From contig MEMB01000007.1 in NCBI GenBank assembly GCA_001768735.1, positions 106,386 to 170,385 of the forward strand: DNA of 64,000 nt, given 5' to 3'. The notes beneath the pieces were generated by a model. That model did no database searches, had not been told where the DNA came from, and was given only the letters and a program-made list of their open reading frames with translations. The first letter of the stretch is position 1. Every line of letters starts with the position of its first letter. This document shows positions 42,835 to 52,627 of this stretch, piece by piece. The stretch comes from Alphaproteobacteria bacterium GWF2_58_20. Lineage in GTDB: Bacteria; Pseudomonadota; Alphaproteobacteria; UBA1247. The translations under genes were made by a program, and so were the position numbers.

Positions 42835-44019
42835 TCAGTCCAGCTGCATGATCATGGTCTTGAGGTAGGCGCTTTCCGGCAGCTGGGGATGTACGGGATG
42901 GTCGGGGCCCGCACCACCCGTATGGATGACGCGTCCGGTGCGTCCGGATTCGGATGCGCCGCGGCAAATTTCCTGCTGGAATTCGGCAGGGCTTGCGTTG
43001 TGGCTGCAAGAGGCGGCAAGCATGAATCCACCAGGACGGACAAGGCGGGCGGCCAGCCGCGCCATTTTCCGGTAGCCCTTGAGACCTGCAAACAGGTCCT
43101 TTTTCGATTTCACGAACGCGGGGGGATCGACGATCACAATGTCAAAGCTTTCCCCGGCGGTTGCCAGGCGTTCCATTTCCGCAAAGGCTTCCCCGCGCAG
43201 GAAGGTGCATTTTTCGGAAACCCCATTGGTTTCGGCTGCGGCATTGGCTGAAGCCAGCGCCAGTTCCGAGCGGTCAATCCCGACCACTTCAGAGGCGCCC
43301 CCCATGGCGGCGGCAATGGAAAAGGCCCCTGCATAGCAAAACATGTCCAGGATGCGCCGGTCTTTCGCGATGGCCTTGATGAAGGTGCGGTTGGGGCGGT
43401 GATCAAAAAACCATCCGGTTTTCTGGCCTTCCAGCGGATCAACGGCAAAGCGCGCCCCGTTTTCGATGACTTCGATGGGGCCGGATTCCGGTCCCTTCAG
43501 AACGCGAACCTCACTGGCCATGCCCTCCATGTCGCGGGCCGAGCTGTCGCCGCGCAGGATAATGCGGCGCGGGGCAAGAACCTCTTCGAGGGCGGTGACA
43601 ATGCTGTCCATGCAAAGGGAAACGCCCGCGGAATTGGCCTGGATGACACAGGTGTCGCCAAAGCGGTCAATCACGAGGCCCGGCAGGCCGTCAGCCTCGG
43701 CGTGGACAAGACGATAGTGCCCTTCCGGAAAGAAAACGTCGCGCAGCGCCTTGGCCTTGCCAAGACGTTCCGCAAAAAAGGCGGAATCAATGGCGATATC
43801 CGGTTTCCGGACAAGGATACGGGCCGCGATCAGGGAATGGGGGTTGAAAAAGGCCGTGGCAAAGGCATGTCCATGGGGATCGGTGAGTGTGACAACACTT
43901 CCGGGCGGCAGGGCCTTGGCCTCGGCATTCATGTCGATTTCATTGGAATAGACCCACGGATGTCCGGCGGAAACGCGTCGGTTGTGTCCAGACTGCAGGG
44001 TGATTTTGGGGTGGGTCAT
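42835..44019 (-). CDS. rlmI: 23S rRNA (cytosine-C5)-methyltransferase RlmI-like (PUA plus class I methyltransferase)
   Basis: N-terminus ...LQSGHNRRVSAGHPWVYSNEI. SAM motif ILDMFCYAGAFSIAAA. Catalytic region DIVIVDPPAF. Confidence 0.75.
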   Translation of the reverse strand: MTHPKITLQSGHNRRVSAGHPWVYSNEIDMNAEAKALPPGSVVTLTDPHGHAFATAFFNPHSLIAARILVRKPDIAIDSAFFAERLGKAKALRDVFFPEGHYRLVHAEADGLPGLVIDRFGDTCVIQANSAGVSLCMDSIVTALEEVLAPRRIILRGDSSARDMEGMASEVRVLKGPESGPIEVIENGARFAVDPLEGQKTGWFFDHRPNRTFIKAIAKDRRILDMFCYAGAFSIAAAMGGASEVVGIDRSELALASANAAAETNGVSEKCTFLRGEAFAEMERLATAGESFDIVIVDPPAFVKSKKDLFAGLKGYRKMARLAARLVRPGGFMLAASCSHNASPAEFQQEICRGASESGRTGRVIHTGGAGPDHPVHPQLPESAYLKTMIMQLD

Positions 44020-44906
44020 GAAGGGATGTCCTTGTGTCCAGGTTGATTGTGAAAGAAGCCATTGCAGAAAATGGTTTCCGGCGCAAGCTTTTGTGCGTGG
44101 TCATGGGCTTCTTCCGGAGAAATTTTTTCGGCAAGGATGTTCCTGATCAGGCAGGCGATGTCCGCGGGAGGGATGTTTTCCTCCGGCTGGATGCGCAAAG
44201 CGGATATGCCCATGGCGGCAATTTGCGGGACTTCACGGAGCAGATTGGTGCAGTGCGCGGAAAGGACAAGAGGGCCGCTGGCGGAAAGGAAGGGCATGCC
44301 TTCCAGGGTATGGATCACCATGGGATGGCCATTGTTCCGGGAGCAGGCCGATTGACATGTCTCACGCGTACGGCCCGCAGACCTTGCCGAAAAGCAGCGG
44401 GCGGAAATGGCCAGGGAGGCATGTCCGAATACCTGGATTTCCAGGGGGATGGGACTGTTTCTGGCCAGGTTGCTGATGACGCCGGATGGCAGGTCAAAGG
44501 GCAGGCAGGCGCTTTTTGCGCCGTTTTCCGCAAGGATACGCAGGGTATCCTCATTGGTGATGGACAGGAAGGGGCCCAGGGTATGCGGCCTGCCCTGCAA
44601 CAGGGCAACTGCGGTCATGTCATTGGCTTCCACCAGCCTCTTGCCGTTTTTCATTTCCGCAATGTGCGTGCGTTCCTGTTGGCTTTTGGGGAGGGCAAGG
44701 GTAGAAAAGACCACGGTTTTTCCCGCACTTTCCATCCGGGCCACAATATCATCCAGCATGTTGGATGTGATGCGGATGCGGTGCGCGCAGGTGATTTCGC
44801 CCAGAAAGACCGTGTCAATGGCCGCCTCGTCTGCCACGCGCAAGTAAAAATCCTGACGCGTGTCGTGGGGCCAGTTGTAGGGAAGCGGGCCCAGCGTGAT
44901 CTTCAT
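44016..44906 (-). CDS. ubiV: U32-family protein UbiV (O2-independent ubiquinone hydroxylation)
   Basis: MKITLGPLPYNWP....DFY......A.D.VFLGE..C and HASLAISARCFSARS parallel my recollection of E. coli YhbV/UbiV. It overlaps ubiU by 4 nt. Confidence 0.75.
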   Translation of the reverse strand: MKITLGPLPYNWPHDTRQDFYLRVADEAAIDTVFLGEITCAHRIRITSNMLDDIVARMESAGKTVVFSTLALPKSQQERTHIAEMKNGKRLVEANDMTAVALLQGRPHTLGPFLSITNEDTLRILAENGAKSACLPFDLPSGVISNLARNSPIPLEIQVFGHASLAISARCFSARSAGRTRETCQSACSRNNGHPMVIHTLEGMPFLSASGPLVLSAHCTNLLREVPQIAAMGISALRIQPEENIPPADIACLIRNILAEKISPEEAHDHAQKLAPETIFCNGFFHNQPGHKDIPS

Positions 44907-45874
44907 GCCCAGTCCTTTCCATAAGCGCCGAGGGAGGCAGTCCCGCCTTCATAAAGCGAGGAAATTCCCGGGGAAGGCTTTCCATCCAGCAAGCTACGGA
45001 AGGCATGAACCACTTGCGCCACATAGGCCCGGCTGCGCTGGCGGCCTTCAATCTTGAGGGCTGCGATGCCTGTCTCCACAATCTGGGGAAGAATGCTGCT
45101 GATGTCGAGACTTCCGGGCTCTGCAAAGGGATGGCATGGCGTTCCCTCGACAAGGTAGCGGCCCTTGCAGACCGTTGGATAACCGGCATAACGGCTGGCA
45201 GAAAAACGATCGAGGGCAAACATGCCCAGACGGAAGGTGGTGGTGTCTCCGGTTTCCTCAAATCGGGCCGCAGAGGCGGGTGAGCAGGCGCCTCCCCGGT
45301 TGGGGGAAATGCCGCAAGCTTGGCCTGACAGGGCGCAGCGGCCTTCGGCCATGATGCAATACCCGCCAAAGGCAAAGGCTTCGCAGGGGACGTCGGATTC
45401 AGCCACCAGCGCCGTGAGGTCTTCAAGGGTGAGGACCCGTGGCAAAACCACGCGTGCGATGCCGAAGCGGTCTTTGTAAAAGGCAAGGGCTTCAGGTGTG
45501 CAGGCTGAAGCCTGAACCGACAGGTGGCGGCGCAGGCCTGGATGCTTGCGGGCAGCATGGTCGCACAGTCCGACATCCGCAAGGATGACGGCGTCCGCGC
45601 CACAGGATTCCGCGTCAGAGATCGCCTTGTGCCACGGTCCGGTGTTCCCGGCCTCAGGAAAGGTGTTGATGGCAATATAGAGTTTGGCGTGGTGGCGGTG
45701 GGCAAAATCGGCAGCCTGGACCATTTCCTCCATGGAAAAGTTGAGGCCGGGAAAATGGCGGGCGTTGGTTTCATTCCGGAAACCGGCATATACGGCATCG
45801 GCCCCTGCCATGACGGCGCTTGCAAGGGCTGCGGGCGTTCCGGCCGGGCAGACAAGTTCCGGCTTCATGGGCAT
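44903..45874 (-). CDS. ubiU: U32-family protein UbiU
   Basis: ELVCPAGTPAALASAVMAGADAVYAGFRNETNARHFPGLNFSMEEM...KLYIAINTF closely parallels the N-terminus of E. coli YhbU/UbiU. Confidence 0.8.
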   Translation of the reverse strand: MPMKPELVCPAGTPAALASAVMAGADAVYAGFRNETNARHFPGLNFSMEEMVQAADFAHRHHAKLYIAINTFPEAGNTGPWHKAISDAESCGADAVILADVGLCDHAARKHPGLRRHLSVQASACTPEALAFYKDRFGIARVVLPRVLTLEDLTALVAESDVPCEAFAFGGYCIMAEGRCALSGQACGISPNRGGACSPASAARFEETGDTTTFRLGMFALDRFSASRYAGYPTVCKGRYLVEGTPCHPFAEPGSLDISSILPQIVETGIAALKIEGRQRSRAYVAQVVHAFRSLLDGKPSPGISSLYEGGTASLGAYGKDWA

Positions 45875-46326
45875 GTCCCTGGCAGCAGGATGGAGAGCGG
45901 CCCCAAAAGTCCTGTGAGGTCTTCGTGCAGGTTGATGGTAGCGGCATCCAGCGCATTGCGCAGGGCAAGCACGGCTTCCATGTTGCCGGTGATGTGCAGG
46001 TCCCTGCCAAAAAACAGGGCATCGCCGTCAGCTGAGCCGGAGAGGAGGGCCATGAGTATCGCAAGAGGAGCCGTCATGGTGGCGGCAGGGGGAAAGGGGG
46101 GAGCTTTTGCGACAGGCTGCACCACAAGGCGCGCAGAAAATCCGGATGCGTGCAGGTAAAAGGCTACAGGAGCATCCTGCGGTCGGATTTCAAACCATGC
46201 GCCTTCATGCCTGCCCATGCGGGAGAACATGCCGGGATGCGCACGGCGCACGGCTTCCAGCGCAATATTGCAGAAGGGCTGGAGGAGGGGGGGCGGCAGG
46301 TGCAGGAGGCTGTGCAGGCGAGACAT
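45865..46326 (-). CDS. ubiT: SCP2-domain ubiquinone-pathway accessory protein UbiT
   Basis: 153 aa. Contains DGDALFFGRDLHITGNMEAVLALRNALDAA, an SCP2/YhbT-like segment. It lies upstream of ubiU-ubiV in the same operon. Confidence 0.7.
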   Translation of the reverse strand: MSRLHSLLHLPPPLLQPFCNIALEAVRRAHPGMFSRMGRHEGAWFEIRPQDAPVAFYLHASGFSARLVVQPVAKAPPFPPAATMTAPLAILMALLSGSADGDALFFGRDLHITGNMEAVLALRNALDAATINLHEDLTGLLGPLSILLPGTCP

Positions 46327-46381
46327 GGACCATCTCTTGTGTTATGTTCGTTGCGGGTAAACACTATAGGAAGAATATGCC

Positions 46382-47851
46382 ATGGTCTATAGGTCGATGC
46401 GGGATTTCCTTGCGGAGATGGAAGCTGCAGGTGACCTGTTGCGCATTTCCGAGCCGGTTTCTTCCTATCTTGAAATGACGGAAATCAGCCAGCGGCTGGT
46501 GGCGCATGATGGCCCCGCGGTTCTTTTTGAAAAGCCGGTTCTGGCAAATGGCCAGATTTCGAGCATGCCCGCCCTGGCCAATCTGTTTGGCGCACGGCGG
46601 CGGATTGCGCGTGGGATGGGGCTTGCGGACGAGGATGGTTTTGGGGCGCTGGGAGAAAAGCTTGCCCGGTTGTCACATCCCCAGCCGGGGGATGATTTCC
46701 TCTCCATGGCGGGATCCGTGCTGGGAATGCCTCCGCGCAAGGTGCAGCGCATTCCGGCGCAGGAAGTGGTAAACAAGGGGCGGCAGGTCAATCTGGAAAC
46801 CCTGCCTGTCCAAACCTGCTGGCCGGGGGATGCCGGGCCGCTTGTCACTTGGCCGCTTGTGGTCACAAAAGGGCCTGCCGGGGACATCAATGTGGGTGTG
46901 TACCGCATGCAGGTTCTGGGACGGAATCGCACCATCCTGCGCTGGCTGCCGCACCGGGGCGGCGCGCAGCATTTTGCGCAGTGGACTGCGGCTGGAAAGA
47001 AGAAAATGCCGGTGTCCGTGGTGATCGGGGCGGATCCCGCCACCATTCTTGCTGCGGCAACGCCCCTGCCGGAAGGCATTTCGGAATATGCCTATTCAGG
47101 CCTGCTGCGTGGCCGGGGCCTTGAGCTGGGCAAAAGCCTTTGCAGTGATTTGCCCATTCCGGCGCAGGCGGAGATTGTACTGGAAGGCCATGTGGCCGTG
47201 GGGGATGTGGCTGCGGAAGGACCTTTTGGCGACCATACCGGCTATTATAACGAGGTGGAGTCCTTTCCGGTTTTTCATGTGGAAGCCCTTACCCACCGGC
47301 GCGATGCCATCTATCACACAACCCATACAGGCCGTCCACCGGATGAACCCAGCGTCATTGCGCTGGCTTTCAAGGATATGCTGAAACCGATGGTGCAGCG
47401 CCAGTTTCCCGAAATCGTGGATTTGCACCTGCCGCAGGAGGCATGTTCTTACCGCATGGCGGTGGTGTCCATCAAGAAGACGTATCCGGGCCAGGCCCGC
47501 CGGGTGATGATGGGGCTCTGGTCCTATCTGCGGCAGTTCCTTTACACCAAGATCATCATCGTGGTGGATGAGGATATCGATGTGCGCAACTGGAAGGATG
47601 TCATGTGGGCGGTGGCCACCCGCATGGATCCTGTGCGTGACATCCTGCCGGTGGAGGGCACGCCCATTGATTATCTCGATTTTGCTTCGCCCGCATCGGG
47701 GCTTGGGGGAAAATTGGGATTGGATGCCACGAACAAGCTGCCGCCGGAAACCGGTCGTGTCTGGGGGCGGAAAATCGAGCGCGATGAAGCGGTGGCGGCG
47801 CGGATGGATGAACTCTTTGCCCGCCTTGGGCTGGAAGGAACAGCAAGATGA
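46382..47851 (+). CDS. ubiD: 4-hydroxy-3-polyprenylbenzoate decarboxylase UbiD
   Basis: YRSMRDFLAEMEAAGDLLRISEPVSSYLEMTEISQR ... GPFGDHTGYY is the classic UbiD signature. Confidence 0.9.
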   Translation: MVYRSMRDFLAEMEAAGDLLRISEPVSSYLEMTEISQRLVAHDGPAVLFEKPVLANGQISSMPALANLFGARRRIARGMGLADEDGFGALGEKLARLSHPQPGDDFLSMAGSVLGMPPRKVQRIPAQEVVNKGRQVNLETLPVQTCWPGDAGPLVTWPLVVTKGPAGDINVGVYRMQVLGRNRTILRWLPHRGGAQHFAQWTAAGKKKMPVSVVIGADPATILAAATPLPEGISEYAYSGLLRGRGLELGKSLCSDLPIPAQAEIVLEGHVAVGDVAAEGPFGDHTGYYNEVESFPVFHVEALTHRRDAIYHTTHTGRPPDEPSVIALAFKDMLKPMVQRQFPEIVDLHLPQEACSYRMAVVSIKKTYPGQARRVMMGLWSYLRQFLYTKIIIVVDEDIDVRNWKDVMWAVATRMDPVRDILPVEGTPIDYLDFASPASGLGGKLGLDATNKLPPETGRVWGRKIERDEAVAARMDELFARLGLEGTAR

Positions 47852-48411
47852 AACGGATCATTGTCGGAATCAGCGGGGCCACAGGTGCCATTTACGGCGT
47901 GCGGGCCCTCATGCAACTGCGCGGCATGCCGGATGTGGAAACCCATCTGGTTGTGACCGAAAGCGGCTTGAAAACGCTGGAGATGGAAGTGGACATGCCG
48001 CTTTCTGCCATTGCCGCGCTAGCGCATGCAAGTCATGACGCGAAGGATGTTGCCGCGCCGGTTGCCAGCGGGTCTTTTCCTGCCGATGGCATGATTGTCG
48101 CGCCCTGCTCGGTGCGCAGCCTGTCCGCCATTGCCTATGGCCAAACAGATACCCTGCTGGCGCGCGCGGCCGACTGCATCCTCAAGCAGCGGCGTCCGCT
48201 CGTGCTGATGCTGCGGGAAGCGCCGCTGCATGCCGGGCATATCCGCAGCATGCAGATGGTGACGGAGATGGGCGGGATCGTGTTTCCGGCAAGTCCCGTG
48301 TTTTACACAAAGCCGCAGGGCATTGAAGCCATGGTGGATGAAACTGTGGCCCGGGCTCTTGATCTTTTGGGAATTCAGACAAAAGCGCTCAAGCGTTGGC
48401 GCGCCTCCTGA
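47848..48411 (+). CDS. ubiX: Flavin prenyltransferase UbiX
   Basis: Contains MKRIIVGISGATGAIYGVR...MIVAPCSVRSLSAIA.G..D.LL.RAADC.LK.RRPLVLM.RE.PLH. The ATGA overlap with ubiD lies at 47848-47851. Confidence 0.9.
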   Translation: MKRIIVGISGATGAIYGVRALMQLRGMPDVETHLVVTESGLKTLEMEVDMPLSAIAALAHASHDAKDVAAPVASGSFPADGMIVAPCSVRSLSAIAYGQTDTLLARAADCILKQRRPLVLMLREAPLHAGHIRSMQMVTEMGGIVFPASPVFYTKPQGIEAMVDETVARALDLLGIQTKALKRWRAS

Positions 48412-49239
48412 TCAATAGCTGAAGCTTCGGGTTTTCCGGCTCGATTGCAGGCGTTGCATGATGGCCATTTCCTGCGCATCGTCATCCTCGTCGCCAAGAC
48501 CGCTGAGAACGGCTTCAAGGCGCTGCATGCGACGGGTATTCCCCGGGCTGAGCTGTTCGGAGAATACGCCGATGCTGCCGCACAGGATGTCCCTGTCGAG
48601 ACAAGAGGCGCCATTGGGCGGCAGTGCGCACATGCCGGTGAGCATGTCCGGTGTGAGGGGGCGGAAACCGGCCGCCTTCGCTTTTTCCAGCGCATCCGTC
48701 CGGGATGAGAGACTATCAAGGGTGGCGGTGTCGTAGCGGTCGCGGCACCAGGAAAGGCTAAACCAGGCCAGGAAGGCCCGTCCTGGCTCATTCATGCTGC
48801 GTATGGCGGCAACCTGCGCGCTGTATCCCATTTGCTCGTGCACGCGCATGGGGTCGAGATAGCCTTTTTGCTCGAGCTCCCGGCACATGATGAGGCTGCC
48901 TGTTTGCGCGGTGGCCTCGATTGTCCGGTTCGCGGTGATGGCATCTTGCGGAGACAGGTTGTCATCGGGCCAGAAGCCGCTGTGCTTTTGCCATGCATGG
49001 ATGATTTCATGGGCGAGGGATGCGGCCAGGGCCGCCGGTGGTGCCTTTTGGTTGGTGATGATGGCCTCATGTTCAGGCAGGAAACAGGCCAGGGCGTCGT
49101 GGCCAAGGGGTTCGGCAACAATGGAAACCCCCATGGTTTTGGCAAGCTCCAGCAACATGGCGCCATAATCGCTTTTGGCCATGAGATCCGTGGCCTTGGC
49201 GAGGTTGCTGTTCTGAACGGTTTTCCCTGTTCCATCCAT
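48412..49239 (-). CDS. Hypothetical protein with an HExxH zinc-metallopeptidase motif
   Basis: Contains LAASLAHEIIHAWQKH. The start is uncertain. The longest ORF starts at 49287, where its ATG overlaps the divergent Nudix ATG (49286) within GCATGG. I therefore favour an internal start (49239 or 49182). Confidence 0.45.
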   Translation of the reverse strand: MDGTGKTVQNSNLAKATDLMAKSDYGAMLLELAKTMGVSIVAEPLGHDALACFLPEHEAIITNQKAPPAALAASLAHEIIHAWQKHSGFWPDDNLSPQDAITANRTIEATAQTGSLIMCRELEQKGYLDPMRVHEQMGYSAQVAAIRSMNEPGRAFLAWFSLSWCRDRYDTATLDSLSSRTDALEKAKAAGFRPLTPDMLTGMCALPPNGASCLDRDILCGSIGVFSEQLSPGNTRRMQRLEAVLSGLGDEDDDAQEMAIMQRLQSSRKTRSFSY

Positions 49240-49285
49240 GGAGGGAATGCTAACATGGATACGTATGATGACAAGAGGTTTTTGC

Positions 49286-49909
49286 ATGGAACAGGTGGAT
49301 TTTTTTGACGAGAATTATGTGCGTCAGGGGGTGACGACCCGGCCCGAAGCGTTGGAAAAGGGCTTGTGGCTGCATTCCTTTCATTGCTGGGTGGCCCGCC
49401 CCTGCGCGCGCAGCTTGCTTGTCCAGCGACGCAGCTCTGAAAAGGCCCTGTTTCCCGGCATGCTCGATATCACGGCGGCCGGTCATCTCATGGTGGGCGA
49501 ATCGGTGGCCGATGGCATCCGCGAGGTGCATGAGGAGCTTGGGGTTTCCGACATAGCTTTTGATCGCCTTGTGCCGCTGGGAATCAAGCTTGACGTGGCG
49601 CGCATCGGGGATAAGCGCACCCGGCATTTTGCCCATGTGTTCCTGCTGGCGGATGACCGCCCGCCCGCGGCGTACCGTCCGCAGGAATCGGAGCTTTCCG
49701 GTCTTGTCGAAATCAGCGTTGCGGAAGGACTTTCGCTGTTTTCCGGGAGAACGGCCCAGGTGCCGGCATGGGAGTGGAATCTGGCGGGGGATGCCATGAA
49801 AACCTGTGTGTCGGCGGCCGACTTCATTCCGCGCATCGACCCTTATTATTACAAGATCTTCATTCTCGCCCACCGGCTGTTTTGCGGGGAACGCCACCTC
49901 GCTATTTGA
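49286..49909 (+). CDS. Nudix hydrolase
   Basis: Nudix box GHLMVGESVADGIREVHEELGV (G.5E.7REV.EE.G). Confidence 0.75.
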   Translation: MEQVDFFDENYVRQGVTTRPEALEKGLWLHSFHCWVARPCARSLLVQRRSSEKALFPGMLDITAAGHLMVGESVADGIREVHEELGVSDIAFDRLVPLGIKLDVARIGDKRTRHFAHVFLLADDRPPAAYRPQESELSGLVEISVAEGLSLFSGRTAQVPAWEWNLAGDAMKTCVSAADFIPRIDPYYYKIFILAHRLFCGERHLAI

Positions 49910-52304
49910 GGAAGCCGCGTTTCCAGTTCCACAGGGTGGTGCCTTTGGGAGCCTTGCCGCGGCGGAGCAGGCGCCACACCTGCACGATTTCGGCCGGCGT
50001 TTTTCCAGACAAGGTGAAATCAGCGAGACGCAGCAATGGAGGCAGGCCCGCAAGACTTTCAATCACACAGCGTGACTGGACGGAACAGACAAAACTGCGA
50101 CAGCCTTTGCGGATGAGTCGCAGGTCGTTGCCATGGCGGGAGCGCAGGTCGGATATCCCCCCCTTGCAGCCGGAAGGGCAGGATGCGCCGCTGGCTGGTA
50201 CCGGGCAGGTTTCGCTGATGAACAGGGGCGGGGTCATGTAAACCGGCAGGGCGATACGGCCGGGGAAGCGGGCCAGAAGGGTTCTTGCGTTTTCCTGCGA
50301 GTCCTCCGGCGAGAGGGTGATGCGGGAAAACCCCATCTCCATGAGGCTGGAAACCGCCGCCGTGTTCAGGGCGTAAAGCGGCCAGCCGGCGGAAAGGTCA
50401 AGGCCTGCCTTTTCGTGCAGCATTTCCCAGCCCCAGAGGTTCTGGATGTCCCACCGTGTTTGCCCGGCGGCGATGAGGCTCTCCACATGCTTTTGGATGG
50501 CCTGGGTTTCCCATGCCCGGCACAGCGTGGGCAGGGAGATGCGCAATGTGGCATTGGGCCATGCGTGGGCCATGGTTTGCAGGGTTTCAGGGGTTGCGCT
50601 GTCGAGCGGCAGGAGAATTTCGGAAACGCCCTCCCGGTCGGCCTCTTCAAAATCCTGAAGATCAGCGGCATTATCCACGGACAGAAGGTATCCGGGCGAT
50701 GCCGGGAGGGTTTCCGGCTGTGTGGCACCAAGCCCTGCAAGGACGGCGGCCCGCGTTTCCGCGCGGTTTTTGGCGTGGGCCTCCTCCAGCTCCGCCAGCA
50801 GCCTGCGGCGGATGTCGTTGAGCTGGGCGGCGGGTACAAAAAGTCCGTCCGGGTTTAAAAACGAGAGGGTTTCAAGAGAAAAGGGCGTGTCGCCGCATTT
50901 TTCAAACGCCTTGCGGCAGGCAGTTTCCATGCCCTCCGGAGTTTGCGCGGGCGGCAGGTCGCCAACCACTGACAGGCTGGCGGCGCTGCCATCGGCCAGC
51001 AGCGCTTCGGCATCGATTCGGCCATGGGTAAGGGACAGGCGGATGGACACAGGCATGCGGCTGCGGAAAGCGCCGGGGCGCGGGATGGGAAATGGATAGG
51101 CTTTCTGTGCCGCCTGGCTTGAGGAAACGTAAACGGGCATGCTTTCGGCAAGGGTGGGAGCGCCTGCGGGCAGTGCCAGTTCCACCACTTGTCCGGCAGG
51201 GGCGTTGAAAACGGATTTGCCTTTCAGGCGCATGTCCATGACGGCAAAACCAAACGGTTTTTCTTCGCCGGGCAAGGGGATTTGCAGCCCGTCATGGCGT
51301 TCGATGGCGTGGGTGGGAATGAAGCGGAGCCATGTCCGTCCCTGCGCGTTGACAATGGCGGCAACCCGTCCAAGTTCTCCGCCCATGGGGCCGACAACAT
51401 GCGGGGAGACCACGTTTTTGGCCCGCCGGTTTTCAAGGTAAAGCCGGGTCTGGTTGCGGCTGAAGATGGTCTTGATGCGCCAAGCCTTTTCGGCCAGCTC
51501 CTTCGGGGATGCCGTGCCGTCAAGGATGTTGCGGTAATAATCGGTGACGGCGGCGGTGTAAAGCGGGCCCTTTTTGCGCCCTTCGATCTTGAGTGAGGTG
51601 ATGCCGGCCTCGGCCAGCTTGGCTACGTCACCATCGAGCGCCATATCCTTCATGGAGAAGATGTGGCCGGAAGGAAGTCCTTCCCCGGAAAACTGGTCAC
51701 GGCAGGGATAGGCGCAGGAGCCGCGGTTGGCGCTGCGTCCGGTGGCAAAGGAGGAGTAAAGGCACAGGCCGCTCATGCTGTAGCACAAGGCGCCATGGAT
51801 GAAGGCTTCGGTTTCCACGCCGCTGTTCTGTGCGATGTCGGAAAGTTCGGGCAGGGTTAGTTCGCGGGCCAGGACCACGCGGGAGATGCCAAGGGCCATG
51901 GCCGCCATGGCGCCTTCCCGGTTGTGGATGGCCATCTGCGTGCTGGCATGGAGGGCAAGTCCGGGGAAGTGCTGGCGGATGATGCGCGCCACGCCCATGT
52001 CCTGCACGATGACGGCATCGGCCCTCAGGTCTTCGAGCATTTCCAGCATGGGGAGCAGGTCGGGCAGTTCGGCGTCCTGCACCAGGGTGTTGACGGCCAC
52101 ATAAACCTTGCGGGGCTTTTCCTGAGCATGGGCGAAACCGATGGACTCGGAAAGCGCCTCCCTTGTGAAATTGGTGGCATCCGCTCTTGCGGAAAAGCGC
52201 GAAAGGCCCAGATAAATGGCATCGGCGCCATGGGAAAAAGCGGCATAGGCCGATTCGGGGGAGCCTGCCGGAGCGAGAAGTTCTGGTTTTTTGTTTTTGT
52301 TCAT
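49902..52304 (-). CDS. Large U32-family protein (YdcP/RlhA- or YegQ-like, with a long C-terminal extension)
   Basis: 800 aa. N-terminus KPELLAPAGSPESAYAAFSHGADAIYLGLSRFSARA.A.NF. Contains HGALCYSMSGLCLYS....RSANRGSCAYPCR. This is the third U32 paralogue in the window. Confidence 0.75.
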   Translation of the reverse strand: MNKNKKPELLAPAGSPESAYAAFSHGADAIYLGLSRFSARADATNFTREALSESIGFAHAQEKPRKVYVAVNTLVQDAELPDLLPMLEMLEDLRADAVIVQDMGVARIIRQHFPGLALHASTQMAIHNREGAMAAMALGISRVVLARELTLPELSDIAQNSGVETEAFIHGALCYSMSGLCLYSSFATGRSANRGSCAYPCRDQFSGEGLPSGHIFSMKDMALDGDVAKLAEAGITSLKIEGRKKGPLYTAAVTDYYRNILDGTASPKELAEKAWRIKTIFSRNQTRLYLENRRAKNVVSPHVVGPMGGELGRVAAIVNAQGRTWLRFIPTHAIERHDGLQIPLPGEEKPFGFAVMDMRLKGKSVFNAPAGQVVELALPAGAPTLAESMPVYVSSSQAAQKAYPFPIPRPGAFRSRMPVSIRLSLTHGRIDAEALLADGSAASLSVVGDLPPAQTPEGMETACRKAFEKCGDTPFSLETLSFLNPDGLFVPAAQLNDIRRRLLAELEEAHAKNRAETRAAVLAGLGATQPETLPASPGYLLSVDNAADLQDFEEADREGVSEILLPLDSATPETLQTMAHAWPNATLRISLPTLCRAWETQAIQKHVESLIAAGQTRWDIQNLWGWEMLHEKAGLDLSAGWPLYALNTAAVSSLMEMGFSRITLSPEDSQENARTLLARFPGRIALPVYMTPPLFISETCPVPASGASCPSGCKGGISDLRSRHGNDLRLIRKGCRSFVCSVQSRCVIESLAGLPPLLRLADFTLSGKTPAEIVQVWRLLRRGKAPKGTTLWNWKRGFLK

Positions 52305-52339
52305 GGCGGCATTATGGCATAGTTGGGGCCGAAAGGAAT

Positions 52340-52627
52340 ATGGATATGATCCAGATGCTGGGGATTGCCCTTTTTGTTCTCATGATGATGTCGCTGAAGC
52401 GGTGTCTTGCCTGCGCGCGGCATGCGTCAAAGGCACATGACAATCGGCGGGCGGATGCGGGGTGGCGCTACTGGGTGGATCCATTGTCCATGTTTCGCGA
52501 CCGCTACTATACCAAGGAAGGCCAAAAGCACCGGCAGGCGTTTGCGGCGGATTTCAAGCGGCTCATGATCCTGCTCTGGCCCGCCCCGCTTCTTGTTGTG
52601 GCAATTTTATGGCTCGATAAGGGATAA
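52340..52627 (+). CDS. Small hypothetical membrane protein (95 aa, two hydrophobic segments)
   Basis: RBS aaagga before the ATG at 52340. Hydrophobic segments MLGIALFVLMMMSL and LMILLWPAPLLVVAILWL. No family was recognised. Confidence 0.35.
   Translation: MDMIQMLGIALFVLMMMSLKRCLACARHASKAHDNRRADAGWRYWVDPLSMFRDRYYTKEGQKHRQAFAADFKRLMILLWPAPLLVVAILWLDKG

Noticed and set aside
39114-43009. Long ORFs 39114-40229(+), 41023-42210(+), the 5' part of 41348-42787(+), and 41783-43009(-)
   Set aside because: They are shadows of pntB, pntAA and the methyltransferase gene. For the methyltransferase, only the portion from the ATG at 41837 (zinc-ribbon onward) is credible, because the upstream part is antisense to pntAA.
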